A stretch of DNA of 64,000 nucleotides from Gloeobacterales cyanobacterium (GCA_038245785.1 JBBRSB010000006.1:91938-155937); one strand, 5' to 3'. Positions 1-11,067 are shown, counted from the first letter of the stretch. Numbers and translations: made by a program. The notes: generated from the sequence alone by a model not told the origin.

Positions 1-1317
1 CGGGCAAATCTAAAACCTCTGGTGTTCGAAGGTTTTCAGGCAGGAGGCATCCCCGGTGGCCAATTAATGACTACCACTGAAGTCGAAAATTTCCCTGGTT
101 TTCCTGAAGGGATTCAGGGGCCAGATCTAATGCATCGTACCCGTGCCCAGGCAGAACGTTGGGGGGCAGAAATCATCACAGAAGATGTTGTCTCGGTAGA
201 CCTGAGTAAGCGTCCTTTCACCGTTAAGTCGGAAACGCTGGAAGTCCAAGCCCATAGCATCATTATTGCTACTGGAGCCACGGCCAAACGGCTAAACCTG
301 CCTGGGGAAGAAGAATTCTGGAACAAGGGGATCTCAGCCTGCGCTATCTGTGATGGCACGATTCCAATATTCCGTAATGCAGAGCTGGCGATTATTGGCG
401 GAGGGGATACAGCCGCAGAAGAAGCTGTTTATCTGACAAAGTACGGCTCTAGGGTGCACATGCTCGTCCGTAGAGACCAGATGCGCGCTTCTAAAGCGAT
501 GCAAGATAGGGTTCTGCGTCATCACAAAATCAAAGTCCACTGGAACACCACGCCTCTTGCTGTTTACGGAGATGATGTGGTAAAAGGCATCAAAATCCAA
601 AATACGCAGACAGAAGAAGTTTCCGATCTTCCAGTCCGGGGGCTGTTCTATGCAGTGGGTCACACTCCTAATACCAACGTATTTAAAGGGCAAATTGCTC
701 TGGACGAAGTGGGCTACATCGTCACCGAAGGTAAATCCGTCGAAACCAGTGTAGAAGGAGTCTTTGCCGCCGGTGATGTACAGGACCACGAATACCGCCA
801 AGCAGTTACAGCAGCAGGTACAGGCTGTATGGCCGCCTTACTCGCAGAACGATGGTTGTCGGCTCAGGGTCTACTCCAAGAGCATCATTCGGCAAAAGAG
901 ACCACCGAGACTACAACCGCTCACGTAGAGCCGGAGCCCAAGTCAGAACAGCCAGAAACCCAAGCTAGTGTTCCGGCTTCAGAGCATTTCTCCTTGAACG
1001 AGACGTTCTTTGAGGGAGGCTACGCCCTAAGAAAGCTTTACCATGAGTCTGACAAGCTGATTATGGTCAAGTATGGTGCACCCGAATGTGGTCCTTGCCA
1101 TATGCTCAAACCAATTCTCAAGAAAGTAGCTTCGGAGTTTGAAGGCAAGCTTCATGCTGTAGAGATCGACATCGAAGCCGAGCCGGAAATGGCTGAAGCC
1201 ACAGGAGTGACGGGGACTCCTACGGTGATGTTTTTCAAAAATAAAGAAATGGTCAGCCGTCTGGTGGGAATGAAACCGAAGAAGGAGTATCAGGAAATCA
1301 TCCTGAAGCACCTTTAA
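1..1317 (+). CDS. trxB: NADPH-dependent thioredoxin reductase with C-terminal thioredoxin domain (NTRC-type), 5' truncated by window edge
   Basis: [20 protein letters not shown] redox motif, GGGDTA, C-terminal Trx domain with CGPC. Confidence 0.95.
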   Translation, partial: RANLKPLVFEGFQAGGIPGGQLMTTTEVENFPGFPEGIQGPDLMHRTRAQAERWGAEIITEDVVSVDLSKRPFTVKSETLEVQAHSIIIATGATAKRLNLPGEEEFWNKGISACAICDGTIPIFRNAELAIIGGGDTAAEEAVYLTKYGSRVHMLVRRDQMRASKAMQDRVLRHHKIKVHWNTTPLAVYGDDVVKGIKIQNTQTEEVSDLPVRGLFYAVGHTPNTNVFKGQIALDEVGYIVTEGKSVETSVEGVFAAGDVQDHEYRQAVTAAGTGCMAALLAERWLSAQGLLQEHHSAKETTETTTAHVEPEPKSEQPETQASVPASEHFSLNETFFEGGYALRKLYHESDKLIMVKYGAPECGPCHMLKPILKKVASEFEGKLHAVEIDIEAEPEMAEATGVTGTPTVMFFKNKEMVSRLVGMKPKKEYQEIILKHL

Positions 1318-1475
1318 GGACCTTCGTTGTCCCCAGTCGAGATCTTCACGCTCTAGACCCTTGGCTGGAGCGTGAATTTTTATAGACACAGCGCTCAGGT
1401 AGAGAGTGTGGCAGAATTACTCCGGGTCCATCATTTATATCTTGATTACCTAGCCCTACTCTTCTGAGCTTCTTC

Positions 1476-2570
1476 ATGGAACAGTTTATCCAACAGCTTG
1501 TGAATGGCCTGACGCTGGGCAGCATGTATGCCCTAATCGCTCTGGGTTACACCATGGTGTACGGCATCTTGGAGCTGATTAACTTTGCCCATGGCGAAGT
1601 GGTCATGGTTGGAGCCTACACCGCTCTAGGTGTATTGGTAATCACCTTAGGGGCTGGACTACCCTGGGGATTAGCCTTTGCTTTGGCTCTTGTGATAGCG
1701 GTCCTGGTGTGCTGCTTACTGGGGGTCGGAATCGAGCGCTTGGCCTACCGTCCGCTGTTGGGCGAAGCAAAACCCCTAAATTTTCTAGAATTAGGCTTGA
1801 TCACTGCAGTGGGAGGAGGCATCTGGATACTGTCTACCCTACTCAGAGGAACGTATAGCCCCATCGCTATCGCTCAAGGGCTTGGGTTTGGGGCTCTAGG
1901 CGCTGCTGCGCTAGGGGGACTCTTTTGGTGGCTGAGTCAAGCGATCCCCACCCGCAAAGTCCCTAAACTCTCGTTGCTGATTACTGCCCTAGGCATGTCC
2001 ATTTTTCTGCAAAATGCCGTTCGTTTAGTTGTCGGGAGCAGAGATCAAGTTTTGCCCCAAGTCCTTCCTGCCATTACTTGGCGCTTTGAAGGCATACAAA
2101 TTACCTTGACTCAAGTATTGATTCTGAGCGTCAGTGTTTTCCTGATGGCTTCACTCACCTTTCTTATCCAAAAAACTCGTTTGGGTAAAGCGATGCGGGC
2201 TACAGCACAAGACATGCAGGCGGCCCAATTGATGGGTATCAATACCGAACAGATTGTAGTGATCACCTTTATTTTGGGGTCTTCCCTGGGGGCTGTGGCA
2301 GGGGTACTGTTTGGAGTATTTTTCCAAACGATTAACTTCTTTATTGGGTTTCAAGCAGGCCTGAAAGCCTTTACTGCAGCTGTTTTAGGAGGAATTGGAA
2401 ATATTCCGGGAGCAATGCTCGGGGGCTTGCTTTTGGGGGTAATCGAGTCATTGGGAGCAGGCTACTTATCAAGTGAATGGAAGGATGTTTTTGCATTCAC
2501 TATCTTGGTTGGAGTTTTGCTATTTCGCCCTTCAGGGCTCTTGGGCGAAAACGTTCCAGATAAAGTTTAA
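1476..2570 (+). CDS. livH: Branched-chain/neutral amino acid ABC transporter permease (LivH/NatD family)
   Basis: QQLVNGLTLGSMYALIALGYTMVYGILELINFAHG, GLKAFTAAVLGGIG, RPSGLLG motifs. Confidence 0.9.
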   Translation: MEQFIQQLVNGLTLGSMYALIALGYTMVYGILELINFAHGEVVMVGAYTALGVLVITLGAGLPWGLAFALALVIAVLVCCLLGVGIERLAYRPLLGEAKPLNFLELGLITAVGGGIWILSTLLRGTYSPIAIAQGLGFGALGAAALGGLFWWLSQAIPTRKVPKLSLLITALGMSIFLQNAVRLVVGSRDQVLPQVLPAITWRFEGIQITLTQVLILSVSVFLMASLTFLIQKTRLGKAMRATAQDMQAAQLMGINTEQIVVITFILGSSLGAVAGVLFGVFFQTINFFIGFQAGLKAFTAAVLGGIGNIPGAMLGGLLLGVIESLGAGYLSSEWKDVFAFTILVGVLLFRPSGLLGENVPDKV

Positions 2571-2985
2571 ACTAATGGCCTTATACAATGAAGATTAACT
2601 CTTTACATATGTAGGCAGAGATTGCTAGTCTAAGAAGCTAGATTTTTTATCCAGCCTACTTACTAATCGCTCAATAAAAAATCTTCAAGCTATAAAATTT
2701 TTCGCTCAAGTTTGTCATATCCGTGCTCTGTCCGATAGACGTCTTTCTCAGCGAGAGGCAACAAGAGCAGAAAAAGAGGAAAAAGTTTAAATATTTATCA
2801 GAGCTTGTCCTCTGAGTTTGTTGTGAATACTGAAGCAGGTCACTAGTTTTTGAAACAAAATCTTGATTTATCTATATTCATAGATTCAGACAAGTAAACT
2901 TTTGCTGAAACTGTTATATATTTATACGAAATTCCCTAAATGACTAGTCTAGAGTAGCTAGTTAATTAGCTCTTCTGAAATCGCC

Positions 2986-3807
2986 GTGACTTCTTCTTCT
3001 GTTGCAAGCCCTGTCACTAAAGCACAGTTTATCGCCCGACGCCAGTCAATTCGTCGGCAGCGTCAGAGGCTCCATTTTCTCAAATTTTGGCGTTTTGCAG
3101 TAGTTTCTGCCTTAGCCATTGGCTTGGTTGGCCTAGTGCGCTCTCCCTTGGGTCAGCTTAGAGGGGTAGAGCAGATTACAGTTGAGAACAATAAGGTTCT
3201 AACTCCCACTCAGGCTTATGAGCAGCTTGCCCTCACCTTTCCAACGCCTATTTACCTGATCGAGCCTCATCAATTAGAAGAACGTCTAGAAGCACTGCCC
3301 CTCATCTACCGTGCCCATGTGACCCGACAGTTACTCCCGCTCGGACTCCATATCGAAGTCCAGGAGCGAGTCCCCGTGGCGACAGCAACCCGTTTGGGGA
3401 CAGAAGGTGTGGTCGATGCCGAAGGCATTTGGATATCTCGTGCAACTTATCCTAAAGTAGACACCCCCCAGCTCCAGGTCGAAGGCTATACTGTCCAGAG
3501 ACAAAAAGACTGGCAAGCACTCTATCCCCTTCTCCAGAGCGCTCCAGTACCTATCAAAAGAGTAGATTTCAACGATCCCCGCAACCTGATCTTGACTACG
3601 CACCTTGGAACTATATGGTTTGGCTCTTTAGATACTCAGCGTATACAGCAACAGTTCCAAACCCTGAAGCAATTAGTTCCGCTCACACGGAAATATGCTC
3701 CAGAGCAGATTCAATATTTTGACCTCCGGGACCCGACCATGCCTGCTTTCCATCTTCGTCCCAGACCTCAAGCCAAGCTTAAAGAGGTTTCTAAGCTCCA
3801 GAACTGA
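2986..3807 (+). CDS. ftsQ: Cell division protein FtsQ/DivIB
   Basis: Basic N-terminus, single TM, POTRA-like region with VQERVPVA, YFDLRDP C-terminus; directly upstream of ftsZ. Confidence 0.85.
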   Translation: MTSSSVASPVTKAQFIARRQSIRRQRQRLHFLKFWRFAVVSALAIGLVGLVRSPLGQLRGVEQITVENNKVLTPTQAYEQLALTFPTPIYLIEPHQLEERLEALPLIYRAHVTRQLLPLGLHIEVQERVPVATATRLGTEGVVDAEGIWISRATYPKVDTPQLQVEGYTVQRQKDWQALYPLLQSAPVPIKRVDFNDPRNLILTTHLGTIWFGSLDTQRIQQQFQTLKQLVPLTRKYAPEQIQYFDLRDPTMPAFHLRPRPQAKLKEVSKLQN

Positions 3808-3884
3808 GATATGCGCCCTATTAGCCCTCAGCTACTCATTTCTCAAGGAAAGCGCCCATTTTGCCCCATTACCCCCACAAAGCC

Positions 3885-5084
3885 ATGCCAAACTGGACAA
3901 AATACCTACGCAATAGTCAGAGTGATTTTCCTGAAAGTCGGGTAAGATTAGACGAAGTTTTACCCGGTTCTAGCCACCTGATGTCTCCTCAAACTGGCAC
4001 AAATTCTCGCTTTGAAGAATTCACTTCCTCTGGTTCTGCTCGCATTAAGGTCATTGGCGTTGGCGGTGGAGGCGGAAATGCCGTCAACCGCATGATTGCC
4101 AGCAATGTCACAGGCGTGGAATTTTGGGTGGTCAATACGGACGATCAAGCACTCCGAAACTCGTCTGCTCAAAATCGCTTACAGATTGGTCAAAAGCTTA
4201 CCCGTGGTCTTGGGGCTGGGGGAAATCCCGCGATTGGTCAAAAGGCAGCCGAAGAATCCCGTGAGGAAATTGCCGCAGCCCTGGATGGCGCGGATATGGT
4301 TTTTATCACTGCCGGAATGGGCGGTGGAACAGGAACGGGTGCAGCCTCCATCGTTGCAGAAGCGGCAAAAGAGGTTGGTGCTTTGACCGTAGGGGTAGTG
4401 ACTAAGCCCTTTACCTTTGAAGGTCGCCGCAGACTTCAGCAAGCAGAAGAAGGTATTCAATCGTTCCAGGGTCGGATCGACACGTTGATTGTGATCCCCA
4501 ACGACCGCTTGCTGCAAGTAATTTCAGACCAAACCCCCGTTCAGGAAGCTTTCCGTATTGCCGATGATGTACTCCGTCAAGGGGTGCAGGGGATTTCCGA
4601 TATCATCACGATTCCCGGATTGATCAATGTAGACTTTGCTGATGTGCGCGCGATTATGGCAGATGCAGGTTCTGCCTTGATGGGGATCGGCATGGGATCA
4701 GGTAAATCTAGAGCCCGAGAAGCAGCACTTACTGCTATCTCTTCTCCTCTATTGGAATCTTCGATCGAGGGAGCTTCTGGTGTTGTCATCAACGTGACGG
4801 GCGGGCATGACCTTACCCTGATGGAAGTTTCGGAAGCTGCTGATGCTGTCTATGAAGTAGTAGACCCCAACGCGAATATTATCTTCGGAGCTGTAATTGA
4901 TGAACGCCTCCAAGGTGAGCTAAGAATTACAGTCATTGCCACAGGCTTCAATGGTGCCTTGCGAAGAGGAGCAGCAGAAAGAACTCGTCCCGAGTCTGCA
5001 CCGCTAACCGCTTCCTCAGCTCAAGCAATGGGAGATGATCTCCTGGATATTCCAGAATTCTTGCGTAAGCGTAAGCCACTCTAG
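3885..5084 (+). CDS. ftsZ: Cell division GTPase FtsZ (start uncertain, 3861-3981)
   Basis: [20 protein letters not shown] tubulin signature, C-terminal LDIPEFLRK. Confidence 0.98.
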   Translation: MPNWTKYLRNSQSDFPESRVRLDEVLPGSSHLMSPQTGTNSRFEEFTSSGSARIKVIGVGGGGGNAVNRMIASNVTGVEFWVVNTDDQALRNSSAQNRLQIGQKLTRGLGAGGNPAIGQKAAEESREEIAAALDGADMVFITAGMGGGTGTGAASIVAEAAKEVGALTVGVVTKPFTFEGRRRLQQAEEGIQSFQGRIDTLIVIPNDRLLQVISDQTPVQEAFRIADDVLRQGVQGISDIITIPGLINVDFADVRAIMADAGSALMGIGMGSGKSRAREAALTAISSPLLESSIEGASGVVINVTGGHDLTLMEVSEAADAVYEVVDPNANIIFGAVIDERLQGELRITVIATGFNGALRRGAAERTRPESAPLTASSAQAMGDDLLDIPEFLRKRKPL

Positions 5085-5092
5085 GTGACCCG

Positions 5093-6004
5093 ATGAAGGT
5101 TGTCGTACTTCTAGGGGGAACTTCTCCTGAGCGGGAAGTTTCCTTGATGACAGGGCAAGCTGTAGTGGATGCTTTGACCCGATTAGGTCATCAGGCTATC
5201 CCTGTGGACCCGGATAGAGAACTCCCAAAAAAATTGTTGGAGCTTGCCCCTGATTTTGTTTGGATTGCCCTTCATGGGTCAACAGGAGAAGACGGGACCG
5301 TCCAAGGGCTTTTGGACTGGCTAGGTTTTTTTTACAACGGCTCTGGAGTGCTCGCTAGTGCCTGTGGTATGGACAAAGTTGTTTCTAAAGATCTGCTTCA
5401 TGGTGCTGGTTTACCTGTGATCCCCTATCGGGTGCTAGAAAGTACAGATATTGATCCCCAAGACAGGCTGGAGGCGCTGGGACTTCCGATGGTAGTTAAG
5501 CCTGCCCAAGCGGGATCATCCGTAGGCGTGTCTATCGTCCGAGACATGGCTGAGTTTCCTGAAGCCGTGGAGAAAGCCCTGCGCTATAGTCCCCAAGTGC
5601 TTGCCGAAACCTTTATTCCGGGAAAAGAGATAACTGTCACCGTCTTCGGGAAGAAAACCTATCCGGCGATTGAAATTACCCCTCAGGTAACCTCCTTCTA
5701 CAATTACGAAGACAAGTACAGCGCAGGGGGCTCTCACCATCTCTTACCTCCAGACTTGCCAGGAACTACACTTGACCTCTTAAGTGACCACGCCCTTAAG
5801 GTCTATCGCGCTTTTAAGTGTAGCGGAGTCGCCCGTGTAGATTTTCGGGTCACTCCAGAAGGAAACGCATGGGTTCTAGAAGTGAATACCTTGCCAGGAA
5901 TGACCAGTACTTCTTTGGTGCCAGAGTCCATGGCAGCAGCAGGAATTTCTTTTGAACAATTGGTCAAAATCAGCTTAGAAAATGGGCTTTCCCATAGGTC
6001 ATAG
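5093..6004 (+). CDS. ddl: D-alanine--D-alanine ligase
   Basis: GGTSPEREVSL, LHGSTGEDG, GSSVGVS, LEVNTLPGMT. Confidence 0.95.
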   Translation: MKVVVLLGGTSPEREVSLMTGQAVVDALTRLGHQAIPVDPDRELPKKLLELAPDFVWIALHGSTGEDGTVQGLLDWLGFFYNGSGVLASACGMDKVVSKDLLHGAGLPVIPYRVLESTDIDPQDRLEALGLPMVVKPAQAGSSVGVSIVRDMAEFPEAVEKALRYSPQVLAETFIPGKEITVTVFGKKTYPAIEITPQVTSFYNYEDKYSAGGSHHLLPPDLPGTTLDLLSDHALKVYRAFKCSGVARVDFRVTPEGNAWVLEVNTLPGMTSTSLVPESMAAAGISFEQLVKISLENGLSHRS

Positions 6005-6038
6005 AAGCTACCAACGTTCCTTACCCTCACATAGCGGT

Positions 6039-6143
6039 AGGGCTGGATTCATACCCCGCAGGGACTGAGGGGTTGGTCTAGAGGCTTACACACAAGCTTG
6101 ATGCTGATCCCCCATGCCCCCCTTTCGAAGAATGAATCAGCCC
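6039..6143. repeat. Short MITE/REP-like element bounded by GGGCTG(G)ATTCAT ... ATGAATCAGCCC inverted ends, containing a GGGACTGAGGGGTT repeat half
   Basis: Same end motif as the 55738-56030 element; inner motif matches repeats at 18856, 55774 and 63826. Confidence 0.55.
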
Positions 6144-6212
6144 AGCTTAGTAAGGGGGAGTAAGCGGTAGTAATATGTTCCTAGTGCCCTAAGACTTGGA
6201 TATCCAAAAGAC

Positions 6213-7736
6213 ATGGAAGTAATCAAGACAGCGGATTTGGTAAAGTCCCTGAATCTCGGCTTGCTCGCCCCAGAATACATAGTCACGGGAACCTTGGTTG
6301 TTCTGCTGCTCGTAGATTTGATCTGGGGTCGTCCGGTGAGCGGTAAGCTTCCTTGGATTGGTCTATTGGGTCTAGGAGTTGCTTCCCTATCACTGATTCC
6401 TATTTGGTCTGTCAGTAATACCGATTCTTTTCTGGGAGCCTTTACCGGAGACCCCTTGGGATTGCTGTTCCGAGGGATCATCCTGATTAGTGCCGCTGTC
6501 GCCATTTTGATGTCTGACCGATATATCTATCAATCGGGTACAGCTCCCGCCGAATTTTTTGTGATCTTGCTTACGGCTACCCTGGGAGCCATGCTTTTGT
6601 CAGGTTCTTCAGAGATGGTCATGATCTTCGTGGCCTTGGAAACCTTGAGTATCGCGAGCTACTTACTTTCGGGCTACACCAAGCTAGATGTGCGCTCCAA
6701 TGAAGCAGCTTTGAAGTATCTGTTGCTTGGAGCCGCTAGTTCTGCCATTTTTCTCTATGGGATGTCTTTGCTCTATGGCCTTTCCGGTGGAGAAACCAAG
6801 CTGACGGAGATCGCTCCGAAGATCGCTTCCATGGGCTTCCCGAGCATCTTGGCTATGGTTCTAGTAATCGCGGGGATCAGTTTTAAATTAGCGGCCGTCC
6901 CCTTTCACCAGTGGACGCCTGACGTATATCAGGGGGCTCCCACGCCTGTAGTCGGCTTTCTCTCCGTAGGCTCCAAAGCCGCAGGCTTTGCCCTCGCCAT
7001 TCGCTTTATGACCTCAGCCTTTCCTGACTTCGCTACCCAGTGGCACACCATTTTTGCGGTCCTTGGTATCCTCAGTATGGTCCTAGGCAATGTGGTCGCC
7101 ATCGCCCAGACTTCGATGAAGCGGATGCTGGCTTACTCCTCCATTGCTCAGGCTGGCTACATCATGATTGGCCTCGCTATCGGTACGCCCGATGGCTATG
7201 CCAGCATGATCTACTACATGCTGATCTACCTGTTCATGAACATGGGCGCTTTCCTTGGTGTAGTTCTGTTCGCCCTGAAAACCGGAACCGATGAAATTTC
7301 TGCCTATGCTGGTCTCTATCAGAAAGACCCTTTTCTAACCCTTTGTCTATCGCTTTGCTTGTTCTCTCTAGCTGGTTTCCCCCCGCTGGCAGGATTCTTC
7401 GGAAAGCTCTATCTCTTCTGGGCCGGTATCCAGGCAGGAGCCTATACCCTGGTCTTTGTTGGTCTAGTCACCAGTGTCGCCTCTATTTACTACTATGTTC
7501 GAGTTGTCAAACTGATGGTCGTGAAAGAGCCTTCTGAAATCGTTAAGAAGTACACCCCAACCGACTGGTCCCTGCCCGGCATGCGTTCTTTGCAAATTGG
7601 CTTAGTCTTTACGCTGGTTACTACGGTGACCCTAGGGCTTGCCAGTCCACTGCTCAACTTCACCAAAGACTCGATTAAGAATACGCCGACCTTGGCAACC
7701 ACTCCCGTGGCGGCAGTACAAAAAAACGCTCCTTAG
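6213..7736 (+). CDS. ndhB: NAD(P)H-quinone oxidoreductase subunit N (NDH-1 subunit 2)
   Basis: [51 protein letters not shown]. Confidence 0.97.
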   Translation: MEVIKTADLVKSLNLGLLAPEYIVTGTLVVLLLVDLIWGRPVSGKLPWIGLLGLGVASLSLIPIWSVSNTDSFLGAFTGDPLGLLFRGIILISAAVAILMSDRYIYQSGTAPAEFFVILLTATLGAMLLSGSSEMVMIFVALETLSIASYLLSGYTKLDVRSNEAALKYLLLGAASSAIFLYGMSLLYGLSGGETKLTEIAPKIASMGFPSILAMVLVIAGISFKLAAVPFHQWTPDVYQGAPTPVVGFLSVGSKAAGFALAIRFMTSAFPDFATQWHTIFAVLGILSMVLGNVVAIAQTSMKRMLAYSSIAQAGYIMIGLAIGTPDGYASMIYYMLIYLFMNMGAFLGVVLFALKTGTDEISAYAGLYQKDPFLTLCLSLCLFSLAGFPPLAGFFGKLYLFWAGIQAGAYTLVFVGLVTSVASIYYYVRVVKLMVVKEPSEIVKKYTPTDWSLPGMRSLQIGLVFTLVTTVTLGLASPLLNFTKDSIKNTPTLATTPVAAVQKNAP

Positions 7737-7819
7737 CCTGAATGGATCTCCTAATAGTTGAGGATTGTAGTTCCATCAGGTAGGGCAGATGTATTTGGGT
7801 TGAGATGGATAAAATCATC

Positions 7820-7857
7820 AGCGCGATAGCCGGGTTCACTGCAGCGCATGGTTGGGC
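7820..7857 (-). other. Truncated attC-like half site (R'' GCCCAAC plus L''-like GCGCTGCAGTGAACCCGG)
   Basis: On the minus strand just after the 7884 stop: GCCCAACCATGCGCTGCAGTGAACCCGGCTATCGCGC; no matching L'/R' arm. Confidence 0.5.
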
Positions 7858-7883
7858 ATTCTGTTCAACAACTAAAAGATTAT

Positions 7884-8198
7884 TCAAACCGCGAAATTCA
7901 AAAGCCCAGGACCGCGAACGCCTTCATCATCTGTGAGCAAGCGGAAACAAGCACCTCGCTCAAAATTGAGCAAAAGCATTTCGGGTGCGGTGGTTGTGAC
8001 GGAAATCACTCGCTGACCGATAAGTCCTACAAGCGCATCACAGAATCCCGACTCGCCTTGGCGCACGGAAATCCCTTTATGAAAAAATTCAGCAACATTG
8101 TAGATGTTGAATATTTCATCCTGAAATACCAACTGGCAATAGTCATCCACGAAAACAAGCTGTGATAACGCTTCTGACAGTTTTAGGTCGGGTGGCAT
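7884..8198 (-). CDS. Hypothetical protein, gene cassette
   Basis: 104-aa ORF starting 10 nt after the attC R' site GTTAGGC. Confidence 0.6.
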   Translation of the reverse strand: MPPDLKLSEALSQLVFVDDYCQLVFQDEIFNIYNVAEFFHKGISVRQGESGFCDALVGLIGQRVISVTTTAPEMLLLNFERGACFRLLTDDEGVRGPGLLNFAV

Positions 8199-8207
8199 AC
8201 GCTTGAT

Positions 8208-8274
8208 GCCTAACGTTTAACATTAGCGACGAGTCCCTAGGCCAAAAGGCGTCCGCTCGATAGAAGGGTTAGGC
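8208..8274 (-). other. Integron attC site (67 bp)
   Basis: Minus strand GCCTAAC-ccttcta-TCGAGCGGACG...GTCGCTAATGTTAAAC-GTTAGGC; the upstream ORF's TAA lies inside R''. Confidence 0.8.
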
Positions 8275-9129
8275 ATCGCGCTTGGCAAGCTCAACGCTCA
8301 AACCCCACTCGATTGGCTGACCTGCGTCATCGAGAACCTCATCCATCGTATTTCCGTAGGCTTCGCCGCGCACAAAAACTATACGTGTAGATGGCAGGCC
8401 AGCTTGGATAAGCATTGACCGAACCATAGATTGACGCTTGTATGCGAGTTCATTCGCTTCCATCGAGAACGCTTGCATTTCGCGGGGAACGTAGGGGATG
8501 AGCCGTATTTCAACTGCCGTGTGGCCGCGAAGCTTTCGCGCCAGCGCTTGTAGGTAGACCACTGATTCGCGGGCTAGAGTATGCTGGCCTACAACAAACG
8601 ATATCGCAGGCTGGCTAGCTTCAAGAAGTTGTTCCTCTTTGCTTCGTCGTTGACGCGAAGCGTTCCGGATAGTGGAACTGCTACTTGCCGACGGATGTCC
8701 TTCGGGTCGGCTAGCATGACTTGAAACCGGCGGTCGTGATTGTGAGCTATTTGAAGTGACAGCGCTCTGTTGCAATGAGAACACCTTGCTGGAGAACTGT
8801 TCCCACCGACGGAGCCGCTCAGACGAAGTCAGGCTTGATGATCGAAGAAGCGAGCAATAGGTAGAAGCCATCATCTGTATGGTCAAGATACGATCAACAT
8901 TTGGATATTTCGCAAAGAGATTCTTGGCCGTGACGTCTGCTTTTGCAGCGAGTTCGCCAGCGACCACCTTGCCTAACGAACCAACGCGAGCTTGAACGTC
9001 CAAGCGGACGTCTCGATTGACCTGCGTTACAGCACTTGGCATTGCTGGGCATTCGATGTCCCCTACAGCATACGCTGGGAGTAGGATTCCGAAAGTAGAG
9101 AGAGCAATGGTGATTAAGGTGATTCGCAT
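8269..9129 (-). CDS. Secreted protein with Ser-rich linker and OmpA-like C-terminal domain, gene cassette
   Basis: Signal peptide (AYA cleavage), low-complexity linker, NELAYKRQSMVRSMLIQAGLPSTRI resembles OmpA C-terminal domain; bounded by two attC sites. Confidence 0.65.
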   Translation of the reverse strand: MRITLITIALSTFGILLPAYAVGDIECPAMPSAVTQVNRDVRLDVQARVGSLGKVVAGELAAKADVTAKNLFAKYPNVDRILTIQMMASTYCSLLRSSSLTSSERLRRWEQFSSKVFSLQQSAVTSNSSQSRPPVSSHASRPEGHPSASSSSTIRNASRQRRSKEEQLLEASQPAISFVVGQHTLARESVVYLQALARKLRGHTAVEIRLIPYVPREMQAFSMEANELAYKRQSMVRSMLIQAGLPSTRIVFVRGEAYGNTMDEVLDDAGQPIEWGLSVELAKRDA

Positions 9130-9156
9130 GATCAGAACTTAGGGCTGTTGACGAAT

Positions 9157-9245
9157 GACTAACGGCGTTTGCATCAGCGGACGGCGATACATTTTAAGCG
9201 TAGAATTAGCTTATCCTTCCGTTCCGCTGCATGCAATAGTTAGCC
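9157..9245 (-). other. Integron attC site (89 bp)
   Basis: Minus strand GGCTAAC...TGCAT[G]CAGCGGA...TCCGCTGATGCA...GTTAGTC; complementary L arms with one extrahelical base. Confidence 0.75.
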
Positions 9246-9319
9246 AGCCGCCTAAACTAGGCTAAGACTGCTATGAGCCTGTGATGCGTTTGTTTGTGTT
9301 GTCTTCTGCCTTTTCTTTT

Positions 9320-9937
9320 CTATTGAAGATTTCGTCCTAAGACACACACCGTGGAAACCGGTTTCATTATCTTCCGTTCCACTTTGATGCCTTTGAATCC
9401 AGCCGCTTCTAGATCAGCTGCGAACTTTACCCCCGCTTTAGTCGCATCTTCTTCTGTGGCGGCGAGGTTTCTTGGCTGATGAACAAGGGCGATGAGTCCC
9501 CCTGCGCCCAACTGCTCTTTCAGCCGCTCCAGTATATCAATCTTGTTATCCCAGAACTGATAGGAATTGACATCCAGAATCTTATCAAGTGAGCTATCAA
9601 AGCTGGGCAATTGCGATACGGAGGCCAGCAGCAGTCGCACTCTTCCAGCCGAAATGGCATGTTGATTTCTTTTTGTAGCTTGGCTGACCATCACTTCAGA
9701 GTGATCAATACCCCAGATAACACCATCGGTCACAACTTCGCTCATTTTTTGGATTGTCACGCCTGGTCCGAAACCGATTTCCAAGACGCGGTCGGAGGGT
9801 TGCAGGTTCAGCAGAGAAATTGCCCACGCATTGCGTTCAAGATTTGATGACCTATGTGCCATGATGAAGCCGACGATATGCCCCCAAAATCCCGTGGGCT
9901 TGGCGAACTGGGCAACTACTTTCTCCACAAGGCTCAT
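9320..9937 (-). CDS. Class I SAM-dependent methyltransferase (probable cassette gene)
   Basis: VLEIGFGPG motif I, GIDHSEVMV; GGAGGA RBS; followed by attC. Confidence 0.85.
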   Translation of the reverse strand: MSLVEKVVAQFAKPTGFWGHIVGFIMAHRSSNLERNAWAISLLNLQPSDRVLEIGFGPGVTIQKMSEVVTDGVIWGIDHSEVMVSQATKRNQHAISAGRVRLLLASVSQLPSFDSSLDKILDVNSYQFWDNKIDILERLKEQLGAGGLIALVHQPRNLAATEEDATKAGVKFAADLEAAGFKGIKVERKIMKPVSTVCVLGRNLQ

Positions 9938-10039
9938 CAGAGATCCTCCATGACCATCTTATCGGCAGAACACGGATATACAAGGTAAAGCGGGCTAGCT
10001 GGTTATTGTACAGAAACTTTCCGAATAGTCCTTGAGAAT

Positions 10040-10143
10040 CAGGATCATATCCAGAAAAATATCGGCTGAAATCTTAATGTAACGTTGAATATTTCTAGAT
10101 AATATCCAAAATCAGCACTATATCCAGAAATATTCTGGATATA
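10040..10143. repeat. Palindromic ATATCCAGAA/TTCTGGATAT repeat cluster
   Basis: Perfect 11-bp inverted repeat TATATCCAGAA-ata-TTCTGGATATA at 10119-10143 plus a further ATATCCAGAAA near 10047. Confidence 0.5.
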
Positions 10144-10152
10144 ACCCCATAA

Positions 10153-11067
10153 CTAGTTGAGACTCCCAAAGCGCTCAAGCAATTCATTATGGGATAGATT
10201 CGCCATTTGTAGCATCAACCCGGCAAGCTCTGTATCCGAAAGCTGGGCCATCGTTGGAATAAGACTAGCCATTTCTGCGTCTAAAGCCCCAAACCGACTG
10301 GCTAAGGCAGCTTCAAGTAGCTTTCGCCTCTGCTCCTGTTCTCCTTGCTGTTTTCCCTTTTGTAAAGTCTCTTCCTTCCAACGCTCATAAACGGGTGACA
10401 AACTCATGATTAATCCCCTTTCATCCTTATTCAAATTTTGACGTGCCTGCAACGATACGCGCAAGTTTGCCAGCTGCTCCAAGGTATGTCGTCTGAACGG
10501 GTGCGTAGCAGGGAGGGCTACCAATTCGGTAACTGCCTGATTCTGGACCGTCCCCCTGCCCAACAACCTTAACCATAGTGTATCTGCGCTGACAGGGAGT
10601 TGGTGAATACAGACCAAAGCACAGCCTAGATGAGCTGGCAGAAAATACATGCCCTTGGACCAGTCCTCTTTCTCAACAGCCCCAAACCCCTGCCAAACGC
10701 TCTTTGAAACGGTAGGGGTCAAAATCCACAACCTGGGTAAATCTGCTTCTGGTAATTGGGTCTTCTGGCGCTTTGCTTGCCGGAGCAGTTCTATCTCCAC
10801 ATCAAACAGCTTTCCTAAGCAACCACGTACATCCATCGCTTGAACTGGATTGCGAAAGGGTTCTATCAGACAGGGGCCTTCCACCATCCGGCCCAAAAGA
10901 CCTAAAACCTGTTGCGCTTCTGCGGTACTGGCTGGATTGGGCTCAAACCAGACATCCACTTGACGAACTTCGCTAGTAATTTCTCGACTAACCAGAGGCT
11001 TGCCAAAAGGTTCAAGAAACCCTGACATACATTGCTTTGCAAACTGGTCGTGCGGTGTGCGCGTCAT
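10153..11067 (-). CDS. Rpn/PD-(D/E)XK-like cyanobacterial hypothetical protein (HDQFAKQ family)
   Basis: MTRTPHDQFAKQ, EVRQVDVWF, TLWLRLLGRG and QKGKQQGEQE motifs typical of this multicopy family. Confidence 0.75.
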   Translation of the reverse strand: MTRTPHDQFAKQCMSGFLEPFGKPLVSREITSEVRQVDVWFEPNPASTAEAQQVLGLLGRMVEGPCLIEPFRNPVQAMDVRGCLGKLFDVEIELLRQAKRQKTQLPEADLPRLWILTPTVSKSVWQGFGAVEKEDWSKGMYFLPAHLGCALVCIHQLPVSADTLWLRLLGRGTVQNQAVTELVALPATHPFRRHTLEQLANLRVSLQARQNLNKDERGLIMSLSPVYERWKEETLQKGKQQGEQEQRRKLLEAALASRFGALDAEMASLIPTMAQLSDTELAGLMLQMANLSHNELLERFGSLN

